In this document: one piece after another, positions 46,908 through 57,497 of the stretch
Layout: every line of letters begins with the position of its first letter
How positions within the stretch are numbered: position 1 is the first letter of the stretch
DNA from: Giardia intestinalis
Lineage: Eukaryota
NCBI GenBank assembly: GCA_000002435.2
Contig: CM018791.1
Strand: one strand, 5' to 3'
Length of the DNA stretch: 64,000 nt
The notes under the pieces: model-generated
The model's input: only the letters and a program-made list of their open reading frames with translations
Database searches by the model: none
What the model was told of the DNA's origin: nothing
Made by a program: the position numbers and the translations under genes

Positions 46908-49900
46908 CTATGTGTACTTACCTATGAGCTCGTCAATGTCTGTGTCTACGCATAATTCGTGACTGTTGCTCAGGATGTCCACGGTGTCTACAACATTAAT
47001 ACCTTCTTCCTCTACTCCAAGCGTGTTAGGAAGGCTTGGTTGCAGCACAGAACTAGCAACCTCTAATTCTTGTAGATTAGTATCCACATCTATTACATTA
47101 ATAGATGCAGATATCTGTGACGAATTGTCATTTGCATATGTCTCAATAAGAGAGTTAACATCCGGTGGAAGATCTAAGTCCTTATAAATATCTATTTGTG
47201 GTGCCCCTTTGCCAGCAGGTTTCACGCCCACAGCACAGTTCCCAGCTTGCAATCTAGTTGCCTGATTGGCCTGCGTAATGGGCCTGTAAGGTGGCAAAGA
47301 TGATGTTGTGACACTCGCTGAACCGGCTAGATCAACTACAGAGTCAGAAATGGTCAGCCCTGAGTCTATTTCGCCTCCTGTTCTGCTCTGCAACGCCGAG
47401 AGGGTCACCGGTGCATCATTTGTAGGGTACTGTTGGTGTAAGATGTGTGGCGGAAGAGACGCTTGTTGAGGTAATCCTTGCTGGACGGTCGCGGTAGTGG
47501 ACAGGCGCATAGCTGAAGGTAAAGGCGGAAATGCTCCACTGGCAGGGACAGGTGTCAGAGTAGAAGAAGGAGTGGACTGGAACTGTACACGTGCTTGCTT
47601 GTGCATAGTTTGAGCCTCAAGAACTGCCAATCGCTCCATTAAACGTTCGTTTTCGAACTGTAGCTTGGAAATTTCGTTAACGTGTAAAGAAACAGCGGTT
47701 TCTACCCCAAGCTTCTCTCTCTGTAGCTCTTGGATGCGTCTATCATAGTCGAGCATCATGGTCTGGAGGTCTAGCTGATGTTTCGAAGACTGTTGCTCAA
47801 GGGAAAGGTGCGCGTCGTGGTTCTGCTGTGTGATCTCTCGTAATTCCATCCGCAGGTTGGTGATCTCTTGCGTTAGCTGTGCTTTCTCCTCCGTCAACCT
47901 CTTCTTTGACTCAGTGGACCTCAAGAGCTCGGAGGATAGCTTGCGCAGCTCCTCCTCATAGGTTTCCTTAATCTGCTCAAGGGCATCCTCCTGGTCTTTG
48001 AGCGAGCGTCCAGAGGCAGTCATGCTTTCCATTAAGTCCTTCGAAAGATTTTGTCTCTGCGCAAGCACTTCCTTCTGGTTGGCTACTGTCATACTTAACT
48101 CCTCCTTCTCTTCCGTGAGGATTTTGATGCGGTTGCTAGCAATTGCGAGATCACTTTCTAACCGAGTAGCACGGGTTTGCTCTGTGATATAATCCGAGTT
48201 TAAATTGGCAACCTGCTTATTTAAAGCTTCATTCTCCATCCTCATGTCATCAAGTTGTGATCGTAACTGTTTCAATTCCACTTCAATCTTCTCTTTGCTG
48301 ATTGCGATAAACTTCATCTCATCAGCTGTGGCTCTGCAGTCTTCTTCACTATCCCTCAGACGCTCCTTGAGAAGGTCAATCTCTCGCTGTGCCTCTGTGC
48401 AGGAGGCCAGCTTTACTTTGCAAGCGGTGAGTTCTGTTCTTACTGTCTCGAAATCTCTGCTCACCTCTTCGCTTGCGCTCTTGAATGCTGCGTACTCGCT
48501 GCTGAGAGAGTCCTTATCATTGGTTAACCGTGCAATGTCTAACTTCTGTGTTTCTCCCCACAACTGAAGCCTCTCTATTTCCGCCTGGAGGGCTATTTGC
48601 TTTGTCACCAGGTCTGAATTCTCCTGCTGGAGCTTTACGCCCTTGGCCCGCAGGGCGTCCTTTTCTGCAGTCAAGTGCGAGACCTCGGCCTCTGCCGTCT
48701 TGAGAGAAGACTCCTGCTCCATTACTGTCATCTCCATCTTGGATATGTCTCGTGTAGCTTTCGTAAACGATGCTGTAACAGAATTTAGCTTATCTATAAG
48801 GTCCTTGACTTTAGCTGTCAGTTCCACTTTCTCTTGTGTGACTATTCCAAGGTTCTCTTTCAGGAGGTCGAGTGCGGCGTTCTTCTCGGCTACCATCTGT
48901 TTCATGGAGCTCTCAGAGCCATCGATTCGTAGTAACTGGGCTTCCAGCTCTACAATTCTAGCTGTCTTTTCTGCCAATTGCTGAGCAAGAAGGCTCAGTT
49001 CGCTTTCCTTTGCCAGTAGTAGGGCCTCCTTGTCTTGAACGGAGGACAGCAACTCCGTACACTTCTCATTAAGGCCACCAATTTGTTGCTTTTGGTCAGC
49101 GACAACAGAAGTGAGATTTGCATTTGCATGTGATAAGCGCAATATTTCATGCTCTGCCTCAGACATCTTGGCATGGGCCTCTGCAACGCCATTAATCGCG
49201 GCCTGATAATTCTCCTGCAAGGTCTCTAACTGTTTTCGAAGAATACCTGCCTCTTCTGCTGCGGTCGAGAGCTCCTGATGCTTCTCTTGAAGTGACACCC
49301 TCTCTCGATCTCCATCTGCGCATTGTTCAAGCAGAATTGAATACTCTCCGGATAACTTCGTGTACTGTGCAGTCATATCTGCGCTATGCGCCTTGGCTTG
49401 CTTGAGCTCTAGAATAGCCTGCTCGTTAAGTGTCTTGAGGTTCTGAATCACCATATCGAACTTCTTTATCATGACGTCCAGCATCCGAAGGATTGCTATG
49501 CGGTCCAGAATAATGGACTGCTCGCCTTCCTTTTTCTCCCAAGATGACTCTGTGGCGTCGCCTTCTTTGGTACTGAAAGAGACGGACTTCTGCGACTTAG
49601 CTAGGACTATCTGGCTGGTTGGCTGCTTCATTGATCCACCCAGAGCAGCACCATCACTGACTGAGCGGAATGGATTGAACGAGCTTGCTTTGATATAATT
49701 TGATGTACTTTTACCCACACCTTCTGCCTTGAGAGGCCCTACCAATCCCTCGCTATTAAGAGAGTACGTTAATACAAAGCTAGTAGTCGCGAGTGCACTT
49801 CTTGTCACGGCTTTTCCACCAGATACAATGGAAATAGAATCTAGTTGATATTCTAATTTGTATGCATTATAAAGGAGAACGATCTTGTCAAATAGAGAGT

Positions 49901-52900
49901 GCAAATCTGTTTCTCGCTCATCAACCAGACGGCCCTTCTCTCTAATTTCTGAAGCCCAGCGCTCTTCAGCTTCCTTGAGCAAACATCGCGTGTTCTCGTA
50001 CTCTATGCTTAGCGAATTAAACTCTTTGAGAGTCACTGTGTACTGATCTTCCTTTTCTTTGAGTTTCTCTTCTAGTGCTATAACTGTGTTAGACTCGGTA
50101 ATGTTGGCATCCTGCAGCTTAATCGTTAATAGCTTGTTATTGTCCTCAAGCGCCTTTACCTTGTGGTTCAGCTCTGAGGCCAGGGAGTCTGCAATGTAGT
50201 ACTCTGAACTTAGTCTAGATATCTCTGCTTTAGCCCTTTCTAACTCCATTGCCTTCTCAGCCGCCTCTTCACTGACAACAGACACCCTCTGCTCTAGCTG
50301 CACAATGAAGCCACACTTTTCTTCATAGTCTGTCTGCAGTGCTCCAAACGCGGATGAAAGGTTGTTGTGCTCATCTATAAGATTATTCAGATCTGCTTGC
50401 AGAGTACTTGCAAGAATTGTGCACTGGACAGCTTGAGCCCTGGCTACTGTCTTCTTTACGGGGAGAGACCCTGCTAGCTGTGGCGATCTAACAGTGACAG
50501 GATCATCTACATAATTTAGTGATCGACTTTTGCGAGAATTATCTTTTGGTGGCATGGCATTCTGAAATTCATCCACTGAATTACGAACGCTTTTGACGGT
50601 CATGGTTTGTATCCCTGGACTGCCTATTGTTGGTGTTGTAGGATAGTCAGATGTATTAGCCTTCCGTTGACTGCCGATCTCACTAGTCCTCTGAGATGGC
50701 TGAACTAACATGAGTGATGCTGTCAGCGTATCGTTGCGGCTGCGCTCAAACTCAACTTGGCGCTGCAGATCTTCCACTTTGGACTCCAGAGTCTCTTGCT
50801 TCAATTTCCAGTCCTGCTCTGTTTTTCTGATCTGCTCCTCCATTACTCTTCTCTCCTGCTCGGCTGCTACCTGGTACTGATGCTTCATTACCAAGTACTC
50901 CTCAGACTGGCTCTGTATCTCTTGACGCATCTTTGCATCCTGTGTTCTCAACGACTCTTCTGCCAAAGTAAGCCTGTCCACTAGTTGTCTTATCTCAGCA
51001 TCCTTCTCACCAATCACCACCTCTACCTCCTTCCTTGCCTTCTCAAGCAGACCCTTGTTCGCTGTAGCCTCTGTGTAATCCGTCTCTAGAGCTTTGTATT
51101 GAGCCACCAATTGCTCGTGGCTGGCTGTAAGCGACTCATACTTTTTGTGAGCGTTGCTCAATGCGACAGTGATTGTCTTATTTCGTTCCTGGAGCCTTGT
51201 GATTGCATTTGTTTGGTCTTCGCGGCTCTCAGAAAAGGCGGAAAGTTGCTGTTCAAGGTCGAGGTACGCTTGCTGCTGAACGCCTGCATCAATCTCCATG
51301 CGAGTAAGTTTCTCCTGAAGTGATTGAATAGTCGACTTGTATGATGTAATGGTTGTGTTGGCGTTTGCAAGCTCCATGTCCTTGTTCTCTAGCCTGATGA
51401 TTGTCAGCTCCAATTCCCCGATACGGGACACCTTTTCTGCACCATCTCGTTTAGCTTTTGTTAAGTCTTCCTGGAGTGTTGTGATAGCAGACTGTAGCTT
51501 TGACACTGTCCGTTTGGACTCTTCCAGCTCTGACTGGCACGCACTTATAGTGGCCATCTTCTTATCTAGCTCCCCCTCGAGCTCTATATGAGCCTTTAGC
51601 GCTGACGCCTTTTCATCTGTCAATCTCTTTAGGGACGTAGCCAGTTCAGAAGACTTAGCCTTGATAGCCTCGTAGCTAGCCAGCAAGTCGGCATTTTTCG
51701 CTGTGAGCAAGCTTATCTCTGCGCGGTGCTCATGCTCGAGTTTGTTATACTTTTGTTTGATGCTTGAAAGCTCTACTTCCCGCTCCATAAGCTGCTTCTT
51801 TGTCGCCTGCGATGTTATGACGTCATCGGACGCCTTAAAACCCTCAAACTCCCTATATAATTGGTCCCTATCCTCTTCCAGCTTTTTGTTCAATTGAGTA
51901 AGCTCTTGTACCTTCTGTCGCTGCTCACTTATTATAACATCTCGTTGCGAAAGTTGCTCCTGAGCTTGGGTGAATGATTGAATAGACTGAGCTAGCTTTT
52001 GTTCTAATTCCTGCAGAGCTTCTCTTCTATTAGCTTCACTCTTGCGTACCTGATGAATCTCCTCGCTGAGCTTTTGGTTTGTTTCCGACAGCGAAAGACC
52101 ATAGTTATATGCATCTGTGTATTGAGCTTTCAGTGTCTCGTACGTGACCTCTAAGCATCGGGCTTTTTCCTCCTCCTTTGCAAGGGCATTAAGTAGCTCC
52201 TTACGCTCTGCTGCCTGTCTTTCTGCATCTATGCTATGTTGTTTCAGCTGGGATTCCTGGAGCGAGAGCTTAGTCAGCAGGTCATTATGCTCTACTGTCA
52301 GCTTCCCGTGCTGCTTCTGGATTTGTAGGCTCTCCTCGCGCAGCGTGTTAAAGGAGTCATGCTGAAGTTGAAGTTCATGCTTCAATTCCTGTATCTGAGA
52401 GGCTAAGCCAGAACATTTCCGCTCATACCCTTCAGTTAGCTGTGCCTTTCCACGCTCGTATACACTGGCATTGGACTCATGGTGAGCTAGCTGTGCCTGA
52501 GCGCTTTCATAGCTCTTGCTTAATGATGCATGCTGTTCACGGAGGTGATCAAGCTCCTGTTTAAGGGCTTCACAAGTGGAGTTAAGTGATGCAATTTGAA
52601 TGTTCAGTGAACCTAACTCTGAGGAAGCCTGCACCAAATGTGCGTCTTTTTCCTTTAGCCGTTTAGCGTACGTTTCAATAGTATCTGTCGCCTCTGCCAG
52701 TTCTGACTGTAAGCGAGCCTGACCAGCCTTGGCGCGGGACAGCTCCCCATTCAGGCTGGCAATCGACTCTTCGTTGGCTCTGTCAGCTGCAGACACGTCT
52801 CCCAGCGCTCTTTCTGCATTGAACCTTCGCTCGTTAGCTTTGCGAAGCTCTTCATGAAGTTTATCCGTCTGAAGAACGGCGTCAGAGAGCTGCTGCGAGA

Positions 52901-54074
52901 CGCTGCGAAGTTCACGCTCAGAAGCCTCTTTTGCCGCCTGTGCAACTCCCAGCTCAGACTGAAGCTGGTGTGTGCGAATTCGCAGCTCCTGTGTAGCCAG
53001 GAAGACCTCGTCTGTGTCGATGTAGGCCTGGACTCCCTTAGAACACTCTGCATAGGATGTCTCAGGGTTTGTGTACGCGCTCTTCATCAGTGCACGAATA
53101 CCCTCCTGATAAGCAGTCGGGTGGGAGTAGAGTCCAGCTACTTCTTTGGTGCCATGAATCGTCAGCGCAAGAGCCTCGGCAGCGCCCTCTCCTACCTCAA
53201 GGATAATGTTGTGCCTGTCAAGATTATCAATGGACAGGTGCGAGCATGCAGATATGTTGCCGTTTGGATTGCTCGGGTGGGGGAAGCTATCTTGGGTAAG
53301 ACTACCGCTGAGAGCGAGGCTGGAATTGCGCCTACTGCTTTGTGCTTGCTGTGGCGTTGCCATAGGCTCTGCACTCTTCCCTGAACTGTCGGGTTTTCTG
53401 CCAAGCGCCTCTAACTGCCCTCGCAACTTGGAGATCTCCTTTTCTTTCGCATTCAGCTCATCCTTTCGTGTTGCGAGGCGTGCTTTACATTCAACCATCA
53501 GTTCGTTATGTTTGTTTTTATATTTGCTTAGAGTGCTCTTCATCTGGCGGTTTTCCTCCACCATCAGGTTTAGCTTACAGTTCATCTCTTCCAGCTGACC
53601 TTCATAAACAGTAAGATCTGCGTTCAATTTAGCATTAGTCTTTAACAGCTCTGCTCTACCGTCCTCCTGAAGAAGTTGTGGCACCAACTTAAGCAGTGCT
53701 CCCAACTTAGTGGAGCTGAACTCTTCTTTATTGTCATTGCTCTGGTCTTCTAGATGCGCCTGCTTCCAATCCTGTCTGTCACCTTTGGCGGGATAAGATA
53801 AAAACTCAGGAATGTACGGGGCATAATCAAATTCCTTCGTGTTCAGCCGCCGAAATGACTCTACTTCTAGCACTAGCTGTGTTTTTGTAAAGCCATTTCC
53901 CTCCAACCAGTCAAAGACAAACGCAAACTCTGCGTTACTTGACTGCTTGAAAAAGTTTGCCTGCTGGGCTGTTCGTTCTGCTTTTTCGTTAATGGAGAGG
54001 AACATTTTGAACATCCGCATCCACTCCGTGTTCTCTAGGCGTTGCATATAGCCTTGAACGCCATCTTGTGTCAT
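46908..54074 (-). CDS. Giant coiled-coil protein (~2388 aa from the first ATG). It has a short globular N-terminus, about 1900 aa of heptad coiled-coil, and a Pro/Gln/Ser-rich C-terminus.
   Basis: Uninterrupted 7.4-kb frame. The ORF track start (54296) is a TTG; the first in-frame ATG is 54074 (MTQDGVQGYMQRLEN...). Heptad periodicity with abundant E/K/L/Q runs through most of it. Confidence 0.75.
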   Translation of the reverse strand: MTQDGVQGYMQRLENTEWMRMFKMFLSINEKAERTAQQANFFKQSSNAEFAFVFDWLEGNGFTKTQLVLEVESFRRLNTKEFDYAPYIPEFLSYPAKGDRQDWKQAHLEDQSNDNKEEFSSTKLGALLKLVPQLLQEDGRAELLKTNAKLNADLTVYEGQLEEMNCKLNLMVEENRQMKSTLSKYKNKHNELMVECKARLATRKDELNAKEKEISKLRGQLEALGRKPDSSGKSAEPMATPQQAQSSRRNSSLALSGSLTQDSFPHPSNPNGNISACSHLSIDNLDRHNIILEVGEGAAEALALTIHGTKEVAGLYSHPTAYQEGIRALMKSAYTNPETSYAECSKGVQAYIDTDEVFLATQELRIRTHQLQSELGVAQAAKEASERELRSVSQQLSDAVLQTDKLHEELRKANERRFNAERALGDVSAADRANEESIASLNGELSRAKAGQARLQSELAEATDTIETYAKRLKEKDAHLVQASSELGSLNIQIASLNSTCEALKQELDHLREQHASLSKSYESAQAQLAHHESNASVYERGKAQLTEGYERKCSGLASQIQELKHELQLQHDSFNTLREESLQIQKQHGKLTVEHNDLLTKLSLQESQLKQHSIDAERQAAERKELLNALAKEEEKARCLEVTYETLKAQYTDAYNYGLSLSETNQKLSEEIHQVRKSEANRREALQELEQKLAQSIQSFTQAQEQLSQRDVIISEQRQKVQELTQLNKKLEEDRDQLYREFEGFKASDDVITSQATKKQLMEREVELSSIKQKYNKLEHEHRAEISLLTAKNADLLASYEAIKAKSSELATSLKRLTDEKASALKAHIELEGELDKKMATISACQSELEESKRTVSKLQSAITTLQEDLTKAKRDGAEKVSRIGELELTIIRLENKDMELANANTTITSYKSTIQSLQEKLTRMEIDAGVQQQAYLDLEQQLSAFSESREDQTNAITRLQERNKTITVALSNAHKKYESLTASHEQLVAQYKALETDYTEATANKGLLEKARKEVEVVIGEKDAEIRQLVDRLTLAEESLRTQDAKMRQEIQSQSEEYLVMKHQYQVAAEQERRVMEEQIRKTEQDWKLKQETLESKVEDLQRQVEFERSRNDTLTASLMLVQPSQRTSEIGSQRKANTSDYPTTPTIGSPGIQTMTVKSVRNSVDEFQNAMPPKDNSRKSRSLNYVDDPVTVRSPQLAGSLPVKKTVARAQAVQCTILASTLQADLNNLIDEHNNLSSAFGALQTDYEEKCGFIVQLEQRVSVVSEEAAEKAMELERAKAEISRLSSEYYIADSLASELNHKVKALEDNNKLLTIKLQDANITESNTVIALEEKLKEKEDQYTVTLKEFNSLSIEYENTRCLLKEAEERWASEIREKGRLVDERETDLHSLFDKIVLLYNAYKLEYQLDSISIVSGGKAVTRSALATTSFVLTYSLNSEGLVGPLKAEGVGKSTSNYIKASSFNPFRSVSDGAALGGSMKQPTSQIVLAKSQKSVSFSTKEGDATESSWEKKEGEQSIILDRIAILRMLDVMIKKFDMVIQNLKTLNEQAILELKQAKAHSADMTAQYTKLSGEYSILLEQCADGDRERVSLQEKHQELSTAAEEAGILRKQLETLQENYQAAINGVAEAHAKMSEAEHEILRLSHANANLTSVVADQKQQIGGLNEKCTELLSSVQDKEALLLAKESELSLLAQQLAEKTARIVELEAQLLRIDGSESSMKQMVAEKNAALDLLKENLGIVTQEKVELTAKVKDLIDKLNSVTASFTKATRDISKMEMTVMEQESSLKTAEAEVSHLTAEKDALRAKGVKLQQENSDLVTKQIALQAEIERLQLWGETQKLDIARLTNDKDSLSSEYAAFKSASEEVSRDFETVRTELTACKVKLASCTEAQREIDLLKERLRDSEEDCRATADEMKFIAISKEKIEVELKQLRSQLDDMRMENEALNKQVANLNSDYITEQTRATRLESDLAIASNRIKILTEEKEELSMTVANQKEVLAQRQNLSKDLMESMTASGRSLKDQEDALEQIKETYEEELRKLSSELLRSTESKKRLTEEKAQLTQEITNLRMELREITQQNHDAHLSLEQQSSKHQLDLQTMMLDYDRRIQELQREKLGVETAVSLHVNEISKLQFENERLMERLAVLEAQTMHKQARVQFQSTPSSTLTPVPASGAFPPLPSAMRLSTTATVQQGLPQQASLPPHILHQQYPTNDAPVTLSALQSRTGGEIDSGLTISDSVVDLAGSASVTTSSLPPYRPITQANQATRLQAGNCAVGVKPAGKGAPQIDIYKDLDLPPDVNSLIETYANDNSSQISASINVIDVDTNLQELEVASSVLQPSLPNTLGVEEEGINVVDTVDILSNSHELCVDTDIDELIGKYT

Positions 54075-54153
54075 CAAAAGGGCGATTTTTGAATTTTTAC
54101 CATTCACTCCTACTGAACGATAGTCGATAACGACCGGCGGTCGCCTTCGCCTG

Positions 54154-54579
54154 CTAAGGAGCGCAGGCGCCAACTTTTTCACTGAGAGAATAAAGCTGCC
54201 GGTATATGGAGTTGAGATAGTCGGGATCGATACACCCCATAATTCGAACTGACGAGTCCGTGATGGTAAAGCTGGGACTGTGAGTGGTGCCTGCAATACG
54301 GTGGTTCAGGCAAATCATGGAGCTCTTCTCTGTTGGTCTATCTCTCCCGTTGAGCGTGAAGAGCCCTAACTCAGACAATATTACGTTGTAAAGTTTAAAT
54401 ACGTTGCACGGGTGAAGAGGCCCGTTTGCGATGAGATTATTAATCCGAGGCTGTGAAAACTCTAGCTTTGCGCCCCGAAAGTCCCTCACCACCTTTAGTA
54501 TGTCACGCAGACACTCCTTGAATGCATTGCACCAGGCATATACGGTGTCCAGCCTGTCCCCCTCGCAATCTACCACCAT
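54154..54579 (-). CDS. Hypothetical ORF immediately upstream of the giant coiled-coil gene; either an independent small gene or a frameshifted 5' part of it.
   Basis: The frame is open from 54774 (a GTG in the ORF track; first ATG at 54579) to the stop at 54154. It overlaps the upstream-open part of the giant gene's frame (54154-54296). Confidence 0.3.
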   Translation of the reverse strand: MVVDCEGDRLDTVYAWCNAFKECLRDILKVVRDFRGAKLEFSQPRINNLIANGPLHPCNVFKLYNVILSELGLFTLNGRDRPTEKSSMICLNHRIAGTTHSPSFTITDSSVRIMGCIDPDYLNSIYRQLYSLSEKVGACAP

Positions 54580-55077
54580 CTTCTTGTAGACTCGTAGTTT
54601 GATGTTGGAACTAGGGGTTATCAAAAGATAATTCTTTGCAAGCGCACTGTTCGGCGTGCTTAGTGAACCGTCCGATAAGGGGCTGTTGTCTAGGGGGTCC
54701 ACAGGATACGAAGCGTTGCGAAAATTCTTGGCGATGGATACGAAAGCGCTGGGTGTGAACTCTGTTGGCTGCACCTCGCCCGTTGGCTGGGTACTGGTGA
54801 TATCGAAAGTTAGGCGAAGGTTTCTGTGTGTTAGTCGTCATGCGAAACGTTCATACGTGATATTGACGAACCTGTTTGCCGTGCTCATCCTACTGTTTTT
54901 TATCAGCTAGTTTCAGCCCGATGGAATTAGAGTGTCTGGACTGACGTCTCTTTAACCACAATGGAGCATTTCTTCTGGTATAAACAGCTAGCTGTAGTAA
55001 CGCAGGACTCAGAGAGGTGCTGCATCCACTTGCTAAGATAATAACATGGGTTCACAGATCAAGGATGTACGGTGAAC

Positions 55078-57198
55078 CTAACACCGCTCCTCTGGATACT
55101 GAGAAAGAAGATTTACAACGTCGTAATGCTTTGCCGCCCTAGCTATGGAGAGGGCTGTACAGCTGCATGGGAAGAGGGAATCTGTAGATGTAGCTTTCAT
55201 CCCCTTTTCATAGTCTATGAGCATCTTCACCGCCTCTATTTTACCAGCTCGCGCGGCCTGCATAAGGGCTGTCTCACCAGTTCCAGTTTGCATCTTTGCC
55301 TCGCACTTAATGAGCTCGCTGATGATCTCCGTATTGCCTTGTTGTGCAGCGAACATCAGTGCTGTGTATCCTTTACCGCAGGAATAGCTTTCCGTCCCGA
55401 CTTCATAGGTGTAACAGTCGGTCGTCCGCATTCCTCCCTGGAGAGATACAAGGGCCTTCACTGTTTTGATGTCTCCAGACTTCACAGCCTGCATGAGAGC
55501 GGTGACACCCTTTTTGCTGGTGGGCTGAATAACCTCAACGATATTTCCAAATCCTGCCTTTCCAGCAATGATGAGTGCAGTGTCTCCGTTGGCATCTTTT
55601 CTACTCTTGATCCTGAGGTGCTTCTTGACGGTGGCTACGTCGCCCTTTGCAGCTGCACACATAAGGAAAGTCCACTTAAGAACATCCTTTTCGTGTTTGA
55701 TAAGACGCTTGACGATTGATAGATGACCATTTTCCAGTGCCATGTTGAGAGCTGACTGCCCTTTCTTGTCCGTTACACCCACTTCAAACCTACATAAAAT
55801 GGACACGGACTCTGCGTGTCCACCAAGTGCGGCATGCATGAGAGCAGTCATGCCTGTCTCGTCTTTGAGTCCAGACTCTTTGTTAGCAAGCATCCGGACG
55901 ATCTGCAAGTGCCCTCGCTGCGCAGCATGCATAAGGGCTGTCATTCCGTGTTCGTCACGCCTTCCTATGCTATTGCCCAGGCTCAAAAAGACCTTGATGT
56001 CGTTCACCTCGTTGTTACACGCAGCGGCTATCATTGTTGCATACTTAGGGTGGTTCTCATGCACTGAAGATTTCGCGAGTCGAGAAGGTGTTTCTGAAGA
56101 CACCCCCGTGTGCAACAGGTCAATGTTTGGACTGCTTGGAGACTCAGGCTTCGGTTTGGGTGTTGTATTCCGTGAGTTGTACGACGAGCAGGCACTCTTG
56201 AGGGACTGTATTTGTGCTTCTTGCTCCTCAATCTTGGACTGAGAGTTACTCAAAGTTACCCTGAGGGTTGCGCGCTCTGCCTCGAGCATTGCACACTTTC
56301 TTTCAAGTGTACTAATCCTTATTACAGAGTCATCGGTAGGCAGTGTCTTCCTAGCAACGCTCGTAGCATTACTTTTTAAATCTAACATATTCGCTAAGTC
56401 TATAGCAGAGAGGCGGTTGGTTGGATTCAGTACGAGAAGTCGTCGGAGTATATCTTTCAGAAAGCCATCAGCAATCTCACTGAGGTCCGGCCTCCAATCG
56501 CTAACGAAAACCTCCGTCGGCCTACAACCCCTTATGAAGTGTGGTCTACTCAAGCTGACCAGCTCATAGATGATGATTCCGAGGCTCCACATGTCAGAGG
56601 CCGTACTAGATTCTCCCCTCAAAAGCACTTCTGGAGCAGAGTAAGTTGAGCTACCAAAACCAGCAGGTGCACCCTCCAGAGCGCTCCTGCAGAGCCCACA
56701 GTCCGCCACAACAAAGAAGTTTGCGTTTTTGTTAGTTAATATGTTGTCTGTCTTGAGATTTTGATGAGTAAATACCGGTAGAGGTTCCCAGTTTTTACCC
56801 TGCTTATTTGGGTCATGAAGATAGGCAAGGGCAGAGGTGACGTGGTCGATGATAGTAAGAATAGTTGCCTCAGGTATGGGCCTTTTTTCTCGTTTGTGTT
56901 TCACAATCAAGGAAGCAAGGCTTTCGTGGTAGTGCCACATGGAAAGATAAACAAAATCATTAGCTTGTAGCGCCCAAAAATATTCGAGAACGTGGGGGTG
57001 ACTAACATGTTGAAATACGCAGAGTCTTTTAATAAGAACGTCTTTGGCATGCTCCTTCAATGTGTCCAGACGAATTTCCTTAATCGCCTGCTTCGGATCC
57101 TTTTTATATGTGTACACAGCGCCCAGAGAGCCCTCGCCAATGATCTCACCCAGGTTCTCTGACATCTTAGCGACACTATGGTCAACATTATTTGCCAT
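55078..57198 (-). CDS. NEK-like kinase-domain protein with C-terminal ankyrin repeats; predicted pseudokinase.
   Basis: Kinase fold (GEGSLGAVY, AIKEI, DCG, APE). The catalytic loop is HQNLKTDN where HRDLKPxN is expected, so the catalytic Asp is replaced by Asn. Then a coiled-coil and about 9 ankyrin repeats (GMTALMHAA--GH---V). Confidence 0.85.
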   Translation of the reverse strand: MANNVDHSVAKMSENLGEIIGEGSLGAVYTYKKDPKQAIKEIRLDTLKEHAKDVLIKRLCVFQHVSHPHVLEYFWALQANDFVYLSMWHYHESLASLIVKHKREKRPIPEATILTIIDHVTSALAYLHDPNKQGKNWEPLPVFTHQNLKTDNILTNKNANFFVVADCGLCRSALEGAPAGFGSSTYSAPEVLLRGESSTASDMWSLGIIIYELVSLSRPHFIRGCRPTEVFVSDWRPDLSEIADGFLKDILRRLLVLNPTNRLSAIDLANMLDLKSNATSVARKTLPTDDSVIRISTLERKCAMLEAERATLRVTLSNSQSKIEEQEAQIQSLKSACSSYNSRNTTPKPKPESPSSPNIDLLHTGVSSETPSRLAKSSVHENHPKYATMIAAACNNEVNDIKVFLSLGNSIGRRDEHGMTALMHAAQRGHLQIVRMLANKESGLKDETGMTALMHAALGGHAESVSILCRFEVGVTDKKGQSALNMALENGHLSIVKRLIKHEKDVLKWTFLMCAAAKGDVATVKKHLRIKSRKDANGDTALIIAGKAGFGNIVEVIQPTSKKGVTALMQAVKSGDIKTVKALVSLQGGMRTTDCYTYEVGTESYSCGKGYTALMFAAQQGNTEIISELIKCEAKMQTGTGETALMQAARAGKIEAVKMLIDYEKGMKATSTDSLFPCSCTALSIARAAKHYDVVNLLSQYPEERC

Positions 57199-57497
57199 GA
57201 CTCACTTTAAAAATTATTTTAATTAAAGAGATTGGAAGCGATTGTTTAGACCCAGAGAGTAGGCCAACGCATAAGTAGATCTCATCAGAGAGTCTCCAGT
57301 AGTCACCGAAGCCCGTCTGCTTGCAGTGATAGAAGCCGCGGGCTGGACTCCCAAGGGGTTTAAATGACGTGATCAAGTGCATGGACACGGCATTCACCTC
57401 GGAACACACAGTTCTGTACATTTTTTGCCCCTGATTCTCGGAGTACTTGAATTCAGAGAAGATTTGTGACTCTTAAAAAATTAGATTGTATAACAAA

